Of a DNA stretch of 64,000 nucleotides, positions 48,965 to 61,613 are shown one piece after another. A program made the position numbers and the translations under genes. This DNA comes from Xylographa opegraphella (lineage: Eukaryota), in assembly GCA_022813865.1 (NCBI GenBank), contig JALDZX010000020.1, positions 310,001 to 374,000 of the forward strand, in the 5' to 3' direction. Each line of letters begins with the position of its first letter. The stretch's first letter is position 1. The notes beneath the pieces are model-generated. The model searched no databases, was not told where the DNA came from, and saw nothing but the letters and a program-made list of their open reading frames with translations.

Positions 48965-51176
48965 ATGCCACCAACTGCAAATCGCCGCAGTGAGCGGAAG
49001 CGGGCTGCCTCTTCGCGCAAAGTCGAGGCCGCGGAGTCGTCGCCTACTCGTCCTCCGAAAAAGCGCAAGGTATAGAATACATCTTCCCTTATGGCTGCAT
49101 CAACCACTATAGCACCTCAGCTGACTTCTTATCATGTATAGACTGCCGCCACCATCCGGACTACGCCGAAACCAGAAATCGAAGATACCCCGGTCGGAAT
49201 TCAAGACGAAGACTCCTCAGATAGTGCCGATACTATTCCACTCGGGGCTGCCGCAGATGAAATCATACCGTTTCTCCGAGAGGCTGCTTATACGGTAGTT
49301 GTCAGTCTTGAGTATGCCAATAAAGCGAGCGACGAGACCGATTATGAAAATGTGCAAGCGTTTGCGAAGATTGCAGGGAAAGAATGGACATATTATGTTA
49401 GAGAACCGTCAATATATATCGGTCGCTCTCCCGATGGAGGATCGAAACCCAGTCTCGAGCTTGGTTCACTATCCAGCCCAGGACTGCAAGCTGAGGACAT
49501 CACAGTCGCTCAGATCGACCTTGGTCCCAGCAAGCTTGTCTCAAGAATACATGCCAGGTGCTACTTCGAAAACCGCGACGATAAGTGGTATATCGAAGTC
49601 AGCGGTCGAAATGGTGTTAGGGTGAACGATATACTGCTGAGGCGTGGGCAAAAGACCCACTTGAGCAGTGGAGATGTTATCGAAATTGCAGGCACAGAAA
49701 TGGTTTTTGTGTCCGCAAGCGTCACCGCCGTCGTCCATGAAAAATATCGTGCTCGTCTCGATGAGCCCATCAAGGAAGAGGAGGCTCCTCACAATATGAG
49801 CCATGCACACTCCCATCCCGAATTGCCTACTCATGACTATACCACCCAACTTTTGGCACAGGCTCTCACTCTTGGTCAGCCCTACGTAAATGGGCAGCCG
49901 ATGATTGCTCCGGCACCACCTAACTTTCAGCGGAATGCTACACCAAGCAAACCCTTTGCTTCCGCTCCACAACCTCCGACGAAGTCTCCCTATGGCCAGG
50001 CCGTGTTATTGGAAAGCAGTGAGAAAATAGACTACTCATCTGACGCTATGAAAGATGTCAAACCACCCTGCAGCTACTCTACATTGATTGGGCAGGCGAT
50101 CTTATCGGTACCCGAAGAGAAGATGCCTCTGTCTAGTATATACGACTGGATCAAGAAGCATTTCTCGTACTATCGCCACATGGATGGCGGTTGGCAAAAC
50201 TCGATCCGCCATAATCTTTCCTTGAACCAATCCTTCAAGAAGATTGCAAGAGAAGCAAATGAGCCTGGGAAAGGAGGTATGTGGTATATTGCACCAGACA
50301 AGAAGGAGCAGATTAAGGCCGATGGACTCAAGATGACTAGTCGAGGTGGTGCTCGTCGCTCCTCTAACCCAAACTCCCCGAATCCAAAGAAAAGCCCTAA
50401 GAAGAACTCACCACCGAGTCTGGTAAATAGCCCCGTTGCGGTATACAAGACGTCTCCGATTGATCATACTCCTCTGTCGACGTCCTACCCCCCCGCAGCT
50501 CAAGAATCCTATACTCCAAGTCGAGGTCCTCGTGTCTCGGCCCTTGGAAACAGTAACATCCAAGTCTTACCCCAGCTCTCTGACGATGCCTCGCCTCTAC
50601 CAAGTCGTCCATACCTGTCTAGAAATGCTGCCGCCGCTGGGTCGCCGCAGACTCTATCTTCATCTGCTTACTTCAACGATGATCAACAAAGCGGCTACAA
50701 TCTACTTACTCCGGCACCACAGCGACATGAGCCAAAGATGATCGCACCGAGCACTGCGAAGCTGCCTAGCCAATACCTACCTCAGAGTAGTCCGGCCCCG
50801 TTCTGGAAGTTCAATCGACAACTTGGTAGCACTCCAGGGCAATTTCCTGAGTCAAGTCCACTCAAGGCTATCGCTACTGTCAACGAGGTGCCTCCTCAGA
50901 GCAGCAGTCCACCACCTGTGATAGCCAACGGAAGCCCAACTAGAGCGAGGGGAATGCCACTCGAAGCTACCGCGAATGGATCAAAGGCGGCGCTCGCGTT
51001 GGAGATGAATGGTGGCAGTATTGGCATGGTGGAGGACGAGGACGATGATGGTCAGCTCGATCTGATGGGGTAGGGCAACGATCCCGGCTCATTTTATCAC
51101 AAGCTTCAATGCTGACATATTTCACAGTCAATTTCCGAAAATTGGAGACCGCCGTATCAGCAGCGCGGCTCACTAA
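48965..51176 (+). CDS. FKH1: FHA + forkhead transcription factor Fkh1/Fkh2 (Sep1-like); exons 48965-49069, 49142-51069, 51128-51176
   Basis: FHA domain VQAFAKIAG...IGR...IDLGPSKLVSRIHA...GRNG and forkhead domain KPPCSYSTLIGQAI...WQNSIRHNLSLNQSFKK...PGKGGMW. Confidence 0.9.
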
Positions 51177-51950
51177 CGACTTAGATGCATTCCCTGCCAG
51201 CAACCATGCACGCAATGAAGGATTTCCAACGACGACAATGGTATTATAGCCTTCCTTTCCTTCGTTTGTCACGTCTCAACAATACGGTTGGGTGTGCAGT
51301 ATTGCCGGTGACCAGACAGCCACGCTTCTTTTCAGCTGTAAATACTGTACTTTATCATGTGCATCACATCTATCCCGCTGGCAGATCTTCCGGATGTATC
51401 TCGTATCTCTGCTTCTTCGCTGCTGTCTGCAGATCGGGTGGGGTTCTGGCATTTTAGTATCGGCATGGCGCTGGAAGTCCGGTGTATTGGACGAATGGAG
51501 GGCACCCAAGACTACAAAATACTGATGTCGGCATGATCAGGACCTGGTCGCGAGCTCGCTGAAATGGTCGCTGGCGTTAGGAGGCTACGGATGTCACGAC
51601 TTGCATAGATAGGATAACTAAAATGGATTGCTAGGTTAATCTCCGATGAAAGACACGGCGGTTGCTTGTCCCGACATCATCTGTCGTAAAGTACGGCCAA
51701 TCCCTTACCATAGATGCGACCCGCGTGGTGAATGATGCTGCGGTGGATAAAGTAATATGATGTAGTAATATGTGTAGGAGTGACTAGCTGATTCCACACA
51801 TTAACTTGCCGTTGCTCTCGTCATTCGTGTAGAGCGATGGATGTATGGAGCAATAATCGACTTCGTGATCGTGCTGGGTGGCGACGCGACACTGGCGACA
51901 GACACGCTCGTAATCAAGCGAGGCAGTGCCTGCACGATGTTGTCTTACGT

Positions 51951-52996
51951 GCCAAGCCTTCCCGAGGCGAACGTACGTGATCAATTATCCTTTACTATTC
52001 TGCATGCTTGTGCATGGCCGAGATGTTTGCAGTAGGACCAAAGAGACATGCTGGCTTGCTGGGTCAATGGGGAGGGGGCTGTGAAGGCCGTATCTCCGGA
52101 GAAGCTTTTACCATCGAGGGGCGTTTGTGGGCCCCACCATTCCAGCAGTGTAGGTACGTACGTACGTACTCATCATCAGCTCGAGGCATGACGCCAAGAC
52201 ACTCCGATCCTTGGCAGGAATTCCGCCCTTGGCGCCTTTGGGCTGCGGACCCGATCTGAGCGCGACGAGGAGCGAAAGCGGTGCGGCATGGGGCGGGACT
52301 CATACCACTGCCAAGACCCCACTACGACCCTTTCCCTCTAGGCCTCTTTCGCGGGCCTATCAAGCTTTGCAGGCGGCCACCGTAGCGATTTACGCAGCGA
52401 GGAGAACGCGCTGCTGAGCAGGGAATTTGGGTCGGAGCTGGTCTTTTAGTGGCACATGCTTCGTACGTCTCACAGAGGACCTCAAACTGTGGACGCGCCC
52501 CATCGACTGATAGTTCTTCGGTTGCGCCTGACAAAGCGTGCGCGGTGGTCCGCAGTAAATCTAATCCCCCCCGGCCAACCCCCCGCTAAATTCCTCTTCA
52601 CTTCCTGTCATGCTCTCGCTCCCCATCATGCAGCTCTGACAGTCTCGTACTCCTCCCGATACATCAACAAAAGGCATCAACCACCGTCTCGATCGCGAAC
52701 TGTTCATTTGAATCAGATCAACAGCTTCAGCGCGGAATAATCGATCCCGTTCCGATAAAGTCTTGGCATTTCTTGTCAACGAGGATAATTCCAAGCATGG
52801 CCACCGAGCAATCTGCTCAGCAGGCTGCGAATGCCGCGAACCAGCAGCTCCAGACCGGCATACCGTCGACACCTGGTTCGATCCAAGGCGTGCAATCGTC
52901 CGACTCGCTCACCTGTCAATGGGCGGGATGTGGTGATCGTGCTACGACACCGGAGCAGCTCTATGTGAGTTCGTCTGACGTTAAACGTGCCTTGGC
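51951..52996. promoter_or_regulatory. Cluster of PacC consensus sites (GCCARG) upstream of and inside pacC
   Basis: GCCAAG at 51951, 52193 and 52310. CTTGGC at 52210, 52228, 52762 and 52991 (intron 1). Confidence 0.75.
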
Positions 52997-54647
52997 ACTG
53001 ACATCCCCACGTAGGAGCACCTTTGCGAGCGTCATATTGGCCGTAAGAGTACGAACAATCTCAACTTGATCTGTCAGTGGGGAAACTGTCGCACCACCAC
53101 CGTGAAACGCGATCACATCACTTCCCATGTGCGCGTCCATGTGCCCTTGAAACCGCACAAATGTGATTTTTGTGGAAAATCCTTCAAACGTCCTCAGGAC
53201 TTGAAGAAGCATGTCAAGACTCATGCCGATGAGTCGGTTTTGATGCGATCTCCAGAGCCGTCTTCGTCAACCAGGAACCAGCCAAATGGAGGTTACCCTC
53301 CTATGGGCAATCAGCCTCGACGTGAGTAACACTCCACATCGAAAGCAGAGCCATCTTTAGCGCTTCGATACTAAAGATGACGGTCTTGCTAATTTTGCTA
53401 TAGCTGGAAACGGATACTATACAAACCCACAATCCCAGCCAGCTATGCCAATGAACTATAGCAATCCATACCAGGGTCATAATGGAAGTGTCGCAGGAAA
53501 CTCCACACCGGGCTTTGTGTATGGTCCAACACATCCGACTACCAGCCAAGGCTATGGAGTATCGTATTATCCGTTTGGCAATGGCTCTGGTGTCGCAAAT
53601 TCCTCCGTGAATACCCAGAGTCAAGTCGTTATCGAGAACTGGTTTCGCTCTTTGAAAGGTCAACATATCAACCCGACGAATTACGATGATATTCACCAGT
53701 CTTTGGCGCCGCTTCGAAATATGTCATTACCGCTGTCCAATACTGGTGGACCCCTAGCAGCTTATAGTGGCGGAACAATGACAATGGACCACCAGTCAGG
53801 GGCGAGTCACTATGGACCTACTGCTTCGAACCAATACCCGCTTGATATCTCCGGTCTACAATCTAAGGAAGATTACCTAGATGTAGCTGCTAGGCTTGAA
53901 ACCATGAACCGAACCGCGTACGAATATCAACCAACGTCGACGACTGGAGTTCCCCAACAGGACAGTCATCAGGCGGCTTCTGGTGCGGTCGCACGTCTTA
54001 GCAACTCGCCACCGAGCAACAACTTCCCATCATCTCACCTCGATAGGGCCAACTCTAGCTCCACGAATGTCGGTACGCCTGAAATGACATCCGGATCTAG
54101 TGTTTACAGCAATGGCCACTCGCCTCCGTCGATGAGCTTCAATGACTCCATGTCACCTGCTCTGCAGACGCCGACCACCGGTGTCATGTATCCGTCGCTC
54201 CCCACAAACGGCTCAATGAACGGTAGTGCGCCAACCCCAACTCTCGGCAATCAATACGAGCGCAGTCGTCGCTATTCTGGCGGGCGTCTTCAGAAAGCTG
54301 CTCCAGGCACCTCGAGGAGACATACAGACGACATGGATATCGACTCTGAGCCCACCCAGTCCAACAAGTCTACGTCCAGTAAGATGATCGACCCCGCCCT
54401 GTCAGGCGACAGTAAGATGATCGATCCTGCTCTGTCGGGCGGAAATCGTTCTCGATCAGGCTCGTCAACACCTTCTCCTCACGCAGCTGCTGAAGAGGAG
54501 GTTGACAACGTCTGGGTCAACAACATGCGCATACTGGAAGGCTTGAAAGACTTTGTGGCTTTTAAGCTCAGGCAATTCGACACCAGTGAAGGACAGGTCG
54601 CCGAAGAGCAAGGCAAGACGTTCATGTACCCAGAGCTCAAAGTCTGA
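52797..54647 (+). CDS. pacC: pH-response C2H2 transcription factor PacC/Rim101; exons 52797-52964, 53015-53321, 53404-54647
   Basis: Three fingers CQWAGC...[37 protein letters not shown]...[24 protein letters not shown]. YPxL motifs YPSL and [15 protein letters not shown] resembles the signalling-protease box. Confidence 0.95.
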
Positions 54648-55616
54648 TTTCTTACATCAAAAGTGAATTCTTGTTGGGGACTTTGGCAAGCTGGCACGGG
54701 CAGTGTCTGACGGCGCTTCCGGCGCTGACATATTCCTTCGATTCCCTTTCTGTGTCAACTACCCACTCCGATATTCCCTGATTGCGATTTCCCTTGCCGT
54801 CTCATTCCCTTTTCCCGTTCCTTTGTCTGCCTGGCTGTGGGTGTGTATTATCTGGAAGCGGATGTTGACTGCGTTGCGCTGGTGCAATCGCTCACGATCT
54901 TGGCAGGGTCTTTTTGCTCGTGGTTTGGTTGCTGGTTAGCTAGCTAGGATTAGCTTTTCGTAGAGCAGGTAGCATGTCTTGTCGATGCTCCCCGTCGGCT
55001 TTCATAATGGCAGCATTTGTTTGCTTTTGCTCAATTGAACAGTATCACTTACATCTATCGGGCGATGTGTACAGCTCGTGGACGGTGAATATTCCCTACG
55101 GCATGATTGAATGGAAATAAAACAGGCTGCTGCGTGGAGCGGGATGAGTTCCGCTTTCTAATAAGGTATAAGGTATAAGGAGGGATGCAGTACTTGGAGC
55201 TTCACAAGCGCGCCATGTAGCTTATTCGAAGGACGCGGCACACACCCAGGTCTCCAAGCCCTTTCACACCGCACAGTCATTGGGACATTAACATAGAGTA
55301 CAGATATACTCAGCGACCTTTCATTCCTTCCTCGCCAGTAGCTAGCCACCTAACCAGTCTAAGAGCCACGCTTTCCCACAAACGCAAGTAATGCTTCATC
55401 ATGAAGCCACCTAATGCAGCTCGAACTACCAGCTCGATTAACTTCTCGGATCCCCATTATCTGTACTTGCGTTTAGGTAATCGCATGACAGCCACCGCGA
55501 GAAGCGCACAAGGTTATCATGAATTTCGCAAACCATTGTGAAAATCCCCAGCCGTCACGAAATTCCCCCAATGCCAATCCCCATTGCCGACCTAAGCTAC
55601 CCACCCACCCGAAACC

Positions 55617-57964
55617 CTACTTCTTCACCGCCTTGACCCTGCAATCCGGACAATACCACTTCACCCTCCTCCCAGGCGGCTCCTGCAAGCCCACGCACTC
55701 GAGATGGAACCACTCTTTCTCGCACTACACCGCATTAGCCCACGCCCACAAAAAAAGCCCCCCCCCCTCCCTCCCATAAAAAGTAAAGAAACAAAACCAC
55801 TCACATCCTGATTCTCGCAACAGATCATCGTCCCGAAACTAACATCCCCACACAGACAATAGCGCGGCTCATCGGGATCGATCTCCTCGGGCGCCTCCTC
55901 CTCCAGCGCCTTCTCCTCCTCTCGCTCTTTGGCGTTGCCCTCGGCGGCCTTGCGCGCCGCGGCCGCGGCGCCGCGCTTGCGGGGCGCGTTTTTGCGCCGC
56001 CCCACGCTGACGGCCGCGCCGCCGTCTTGGCTGTTGGTGACGGGCCCGGGGGCGGGGCGCTTGCTGCGTCGGGAGGCGGCGGTCGTCGTGGGCGCCGGGG
56101 CTGGGGTCGCGCTTTTGCGGCGGAGGTGTTCGCGCGTGGGGGGGGAGTGCGGAGGGGGGCCGGTGGAGACGTGGCGGGAGGAGGGGTGCGAGGGCGGTCG
56201 GGAAATGGGGGCTGTTTCCGGGGGTGGGGCGGGGCCGCGGAGGGTGAGGGATGGACGGCGCGAGCGGGAGGATGCGGTCGACGTGGTTGCTGCGGGGACG
56301 GGCTTCTTGATTACCGTAGGCGATGCGGGCGGCGGAGCGGGTTTGACGGGCGAGGGAGCGAGCGCGGCGAGCGAGATCGTCGTCGTAGTCGTGGTGGTTG
56401 TGGCGGGCGGGAGGACGGGGACGGGCGCGGGCGCGGTTTTGCGTTTCTTGAGCACCGGCTTGTGCGGCGAGAGGATGATCTCCGAATGCAATTGCGCCTG
56501 CAGCTGGCTTTCCTCCGTGATGAGCGTCGGTGCCAGCTTGCGCTTCTTGGGCGGCTTGGCCGCCGGCTTCTCGATGCTGTAGAGCGGCGAGTAGCCGGAG
56601 CTGGAGGCGGCACTGAGGGGCGCGGCGCCGGGCTTGTCGAAGAGGTTCTTGAAGCTGCTGCCGATGTCGCCGAGGCGCTTGGCCGCCTGCTCGGCCTCGG
56701 CCGCGGCGATGGCGGCCTGTTCACGCGCGAGGAGTTCCTTCTTCAGCTTCTTGGCTTCGTTGAGCTTCATGCCCTTGTTGCTGAGCTTGGACTCGAAGCC
56801 GAGGGAGTCGGCGCTGATCTCACCGGGGACGAGCTGCTTGCCAGGCGCGGTGGTGGCGATGTTGTCGCAGTCGAGGAACTCGTCGCCCGTCTCCTCGCAG
56901 CGCGAACGCGTCTTGCGGTAGTTTTCGGGGCCGCGCCCGGCTTCGGAGAGCTCTCGCCTGATCATCGTCTCGCTTGGTGTCCAGATTGCGTTCTTCTTCA
57001 TGCGTTTGCGTAGCCGGGCCATCTCCCATTCTGTGAGGCGCATCCAAGGCGCGTGAATCGTGCCGGGTTTGGCGTCAGGAGGTGGCGGGGTGAGTAGAGA
57101 AAGGGCATTGCTTGTTGAGATCCCGGCCACAGCGCTGTGCACGTTGGTACCCATGGCTCCTGGAGGTCGTGGCGGTCTCGGGGTTCTGGGTGTTTTTGGG
57201 ACCTTGATTTTTGGGGGTTTTGGGGCTTTGGGGATCTTGACATGATGGGGTTTGATGGATCGACTCCGTGGAGGAGCTCCGACTCGAGACGTAGGCATAG
57301 GGACAGGTGACGGAGATCGCGATTCCCAGTCGGTGTCGGTCATGGATGGTGGAGAGTCTGGATTTGGGGGAGGCAGCACTTCGCCAGGAACAGTAACTCT
57401 TCGAATCCTGTGTCGGGGTCGGTGGCTGCCTCCATGGTGTCGCGAGCCATTTGCATTTAGTCTTAGAGTGATGCGTGGAGGCGGTGTATCCCCACCTTCT
57501 TCTGTTCTTCCCAGTCTTGCACGATTTGCTTGGGGCGCATGCTGTATAGGAACTGGAGTTGGATCTCTCGAAGGCGGTTTCGGCAGAGCAAGCAGTTTTG
57601 ACTTGACGCTCGCCAGACGGTTATAGTGACGATCGACTTCATCGTATAGACGAGACGATTCAGCGTACGCTGATTCGCGAGCATTGAGCGCGTGCTCAAG
57701 GAAGTATGATATTTCTTTACGTAGCAGTTGTGGGTTTTGTTTCTTGTTGGCAGTGGAGTGAGGTAGGCTACCGTATATTGAAAGGAGTTCGTGTATTCTG
57801 TTGGTCGAGGTGAGGTAGGATTCGTCGAGTTTGCCGATCAAAGTCAAGGATCGAATGAGGTCTGCTGGAAGATATTCGGTGTAATCGAGGAAATCGGTCA
57901 CGGTTGCTTGCGCGTCTGGGTCGACGTGGCCTTCGCTCTGGAGACTCTCAGCGACCGTCTTCAT
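55617..57964 (-). CDS. ING-family / PHD-finger chromatin protein; exons 57964-55805, 55724-55617
   Basis: ING-like N-terminus [29 protein letters not shown] and spliced [38 protein letters not shown]...KWYCPDC. Confidence 0.9.
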
Positions 57965-58752
57965 GGCGCTGTTTCCGCTTTTCTTTGCGCCTCTCCTGGC
58001 CCTCCCGCTTCCTTCTCTGCTTTGCTGTTTCCTGTACAGGCACAGGGGTATCTTCGGTAGAAGCGGTAGGAGTTTTGCCTTCTGCGCGTAGCAGTCGTAT
58101 TGCTAAGCCGAGGTCGACGATTGACGAGTTAATCGTCACGAGGATAAAGCGAAAGATGAAGAGCTGCCAAAGGATGACGGTGCGCCAGCTCAGGTTATTT
58201 GCCTATCGAGCATCAGTCAGGACTCAGACGCGACGAAGCGGAATTCGTTCCGCCTTGATCGCGCTTGTAAGATTAGGCATTTAACTACGACCGGCGCTTA
58301 GAAACTCACCTCAACTGTAATCGTAGTGTCACGAACTATGCACTCGTCGTCCAAGTGTAACTGAAGGGCGAACAACAGAAACAGAGGCAAGCTGCTCAGA
58401 AATTCTCCCCAGAATTTCAAAGGTATTCTGGGAAACCACTTTTCGACTGCAGTGAAGGTTTTTAGGAGTCTGGGTGCGAAGAACCAGAGACAAGCGCTGG
58501 TAAAGTAGATGTGCCAAAGGATTACCTGCATGTGGTTCACTGGGAAATAGCAAAACGTGGTGGGCTGATACCAGTGTCCCTGCCACTTGAGGTGAGGAGA
58601 GAATATCTTGAAAGTGTATCCCAAGAGCACCCGGTCCCACGTGTCCATTCTGATTTCAGTCTTTCATTTCTTCTTTCTGTATTGAAATTTTTATTCTGTG
58701 TGACGGAAAGTGTCTTTGTGCGTGATCGTGGTTCACGTGGTTCTTGAATGTG

Positions 58753-61245
58753 ATGGCAATGGACAGGATTGAAAAATTGCGTCTCTTGATGCAAGCTGAG
58801 AATATTACCGAGGCTCCACTACAGAACGTTCCGGAAGACGTCCAAGAAATTAGCTGGGATACTTCGCCTGAGATAGCTTGGGAAGACGCGCCACAGGACG
58901 CAGTGAACTCTTCACAAATTTCCACTAGTTGGGGCAACGGCAACGGAGCCTCCAGTTCATCGGATGACGAATACGCGGTAAGGAAGACAGGTGGCATACC
59001 AAAGAAAAGGCAAAATAGAGTGCGTCCACTTCCAGTTCTAGCTGATACCATGGATCCAGACGAAGAGAATCGAACTACAGGAGACATGGGCTCATTACAC
59101 ATAGGGTACTGTCCTATTCTGGCAGTCGTTAAATTTCCATACAAGTTCATGAAAGGGCCTACAGAATTGGTGGAGAAGGTATCTTGGAGATACTTCGCGT
59201 CCTCGAAGATATGGGACCGGAAATGGACAATGTGAGTGTCCAATCATCCCGATGACGCAAGCGGTGAACTTCAATTACCTATTGGGACGGTCTCGCTATG
59301 GTACTGGAAGACAGCATATGTATAGCTTTCGCAAATGCGTTCCTTCATTCGGGCATGTTATTGGTTTTTTCAATGTCATCACGGCTCCTTGGACACCTGC
59401 ATAGTTAGACTCGGCACCTGAGCTAAGATAAACTTCGCGCTAGTCACTTTATCTATCCTCCTCCTTCAATCTCGATCAAACCGTTGCTTCTAGTTCCTGA
59501 ATCGGAAGTTCGATCACTTCTAGAAGAAATCAACAACGACTTAGAGATACAGCTTGAATTCCCCGCACGTGCGGACGAACGTGGTTTTCTACTGAACTTC
59601 TCCGACGACGGTCAACCTCGTCCTCGATTTCTCGGGATATCTTCGTCTCAAGCAGCATTTAAGGCAATAGAGCAACAGGTCCCGACAATGGAGTCCTTAG
59701 TGAAAGGCACAGAATCCTTGGCATTAGACACAGATGACAAAAGCTTTGCAGCCTTTAAAATGAAGATGGATTTGGGTCACATGGCCACCCACAAGAAGGC
59801 AAAGGCTAACAAGGAGAAGAAGAAGTTTCAGCGCGTCCAGCAGAAAGAGGGTAACTGCCTCACACTGCTATTAAGCCCTTTTATTAACGTGATTTATCAG
59901 CTTGGTCTCGTCAGCTCCGACGCACTCAACGCTATTTGGGTATCCGACCTCGATCAGAAACCAATACGTGGTCAGGAGGAAAGGCTCCTTCACTTGATGA
60001 GCCTGGTCAGAAGTGGGAGGATTACGTCACGGCAAAGGAAAAGTACGATCGTGAAATTCGAGAGAAACACGCGTTGCCACCACTTGATGTCAGCTACCCA
60101 GTCCCGTATGCCTTTGAGAACAGTGTGGTTTTCGTTTGTGTCGATGTCGAGTCTTTCGAGCGCAGTCACAGTCAGATAACCGAGATCGGTATATCAACCC
60201 TCGATACCAATGATCTTATTGGCCTTGCACCAGGACCAGACGGAAAGGATTGGATGAAGAAGATTATCTCCCGCCATTTTCGCATCAAGGAGCGCGTACA
60301 TCTTGTCAACAAGGACTTTGTCACTGGATGCCCTGATAGGTTCGAGAAAGTCTTTGGCGAAAGCGAATTCATCTCTATAAATGATGCTCCTGCAGTGGTA
60401 GCTTCCTGCTTTCGTCCGCCGTTTTCGGGCCCCCTGAACACGACCGTTATGAGTCAATACGGAGAGCCAGAAGTCAAACGTAAGATTATCCTAGTGGGAC
60501 ATGACACGAAAACGGACATCAACTATCTACGAGATCTTGGCTACGATCCCGGCAATCTCTCAAACTTGCTAGAGGTTCTCGATACGTCTGAAGTCTATCG
60601 CGCTCTCAAATGTGAAACTCAAGCCGGTGGCTTAGGCACCCTACTCTACGATTTGGGTCTACCAGGCTGGAATCTCCATAATGCAGTTAGTATAATCGCA
60701 CCTCCTGGTGATATCAGTCTTACATGTACACCTGATACTGAATCAAGATATAGGGCAATGACGCGGCGTATACTCTTCAAGCACTTATCGCCATCGCCTT
60801 CAAAGCTCTCGTACCCAAAGAAGAGCGACAAGCCAAAAGCATTGATGAGAGAACTGAAGAGGCTATGACAGAAGCCGCAGATCGAGTCGCCGAAGACAAT
60901 GAAGAGTGGGACGTCGCTGCTGGCGAGGACGATGGCGGGCCAGCAGTATACAAAATGGATCAACCCAAGAGCCAGGAAGGACGTGGTGGTCGTAGGGGTG
61001 GCGGAGGTGGTAGCATTCGTGGCGATCATGGCGATCGTGGAGGAGGCGGTCGTGGAGCCGGCGGGCGCGGAGGAGGCGGTCGTGGAAGAGGATTCCATGA
61101 CAACCAAGGCAGAGGCGGCGTCCTCCAACCGCGGGGGAATCCTCGTACTCGCTACCAGCAAAACACGGCTCAAGGGTATCCTGTGGAGCAGCAAGAACAG
61201 GTAAATCTCTTCCCAGGGCACGCTCCTACCGGGGATTGGTGGTAA
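58753..61245 (+). CDS. qip: QDE-2-interacting protein (QIP)/Gfd2-like DEDDh exonuclease with RGG tail; exons 58753-59231, 59444-59850, 59901-60685, 60754-61245
   Basis: FVCVDVES...ITEIGISTLDT, HFRIKE, IILVGHD, LDT and spliced LHNA|GNDAAYTLQAL. Three canonical introns are in frame. Confidence 0.85.
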
Positions 61246-61613
61246 CGTGATCGGTCAAACGGTAAACACCTTCCTGGCTTACTTGGTAGGGCATTGTTCT
61301 CACCTGGCACAGCCACGATATCTTCTTCTGTAATGAGGATGGTCCACAGAAAACTACTGACAGTATTGATTATTTCAATTATCGGCACAGTTAGAGAGAC
61401 AAAAGCAATTCTACGGTTTCAAGATTCCGACTTATGCTTGTGCTTTACTGGCGATAAATACTGCAGATAGTCTCTCTCTTTCAACATGGATAGATTGTCA
61501 TTGAGGGTCTACTATCCATTGAGAGTGTTGAACCCGAGATTTCTTTCCTCCGCATCTCATAACCTTTGCAAAGTGCTTTCATCCGGCATCATTTAATGTA
61601 CTGATCATGGCCC

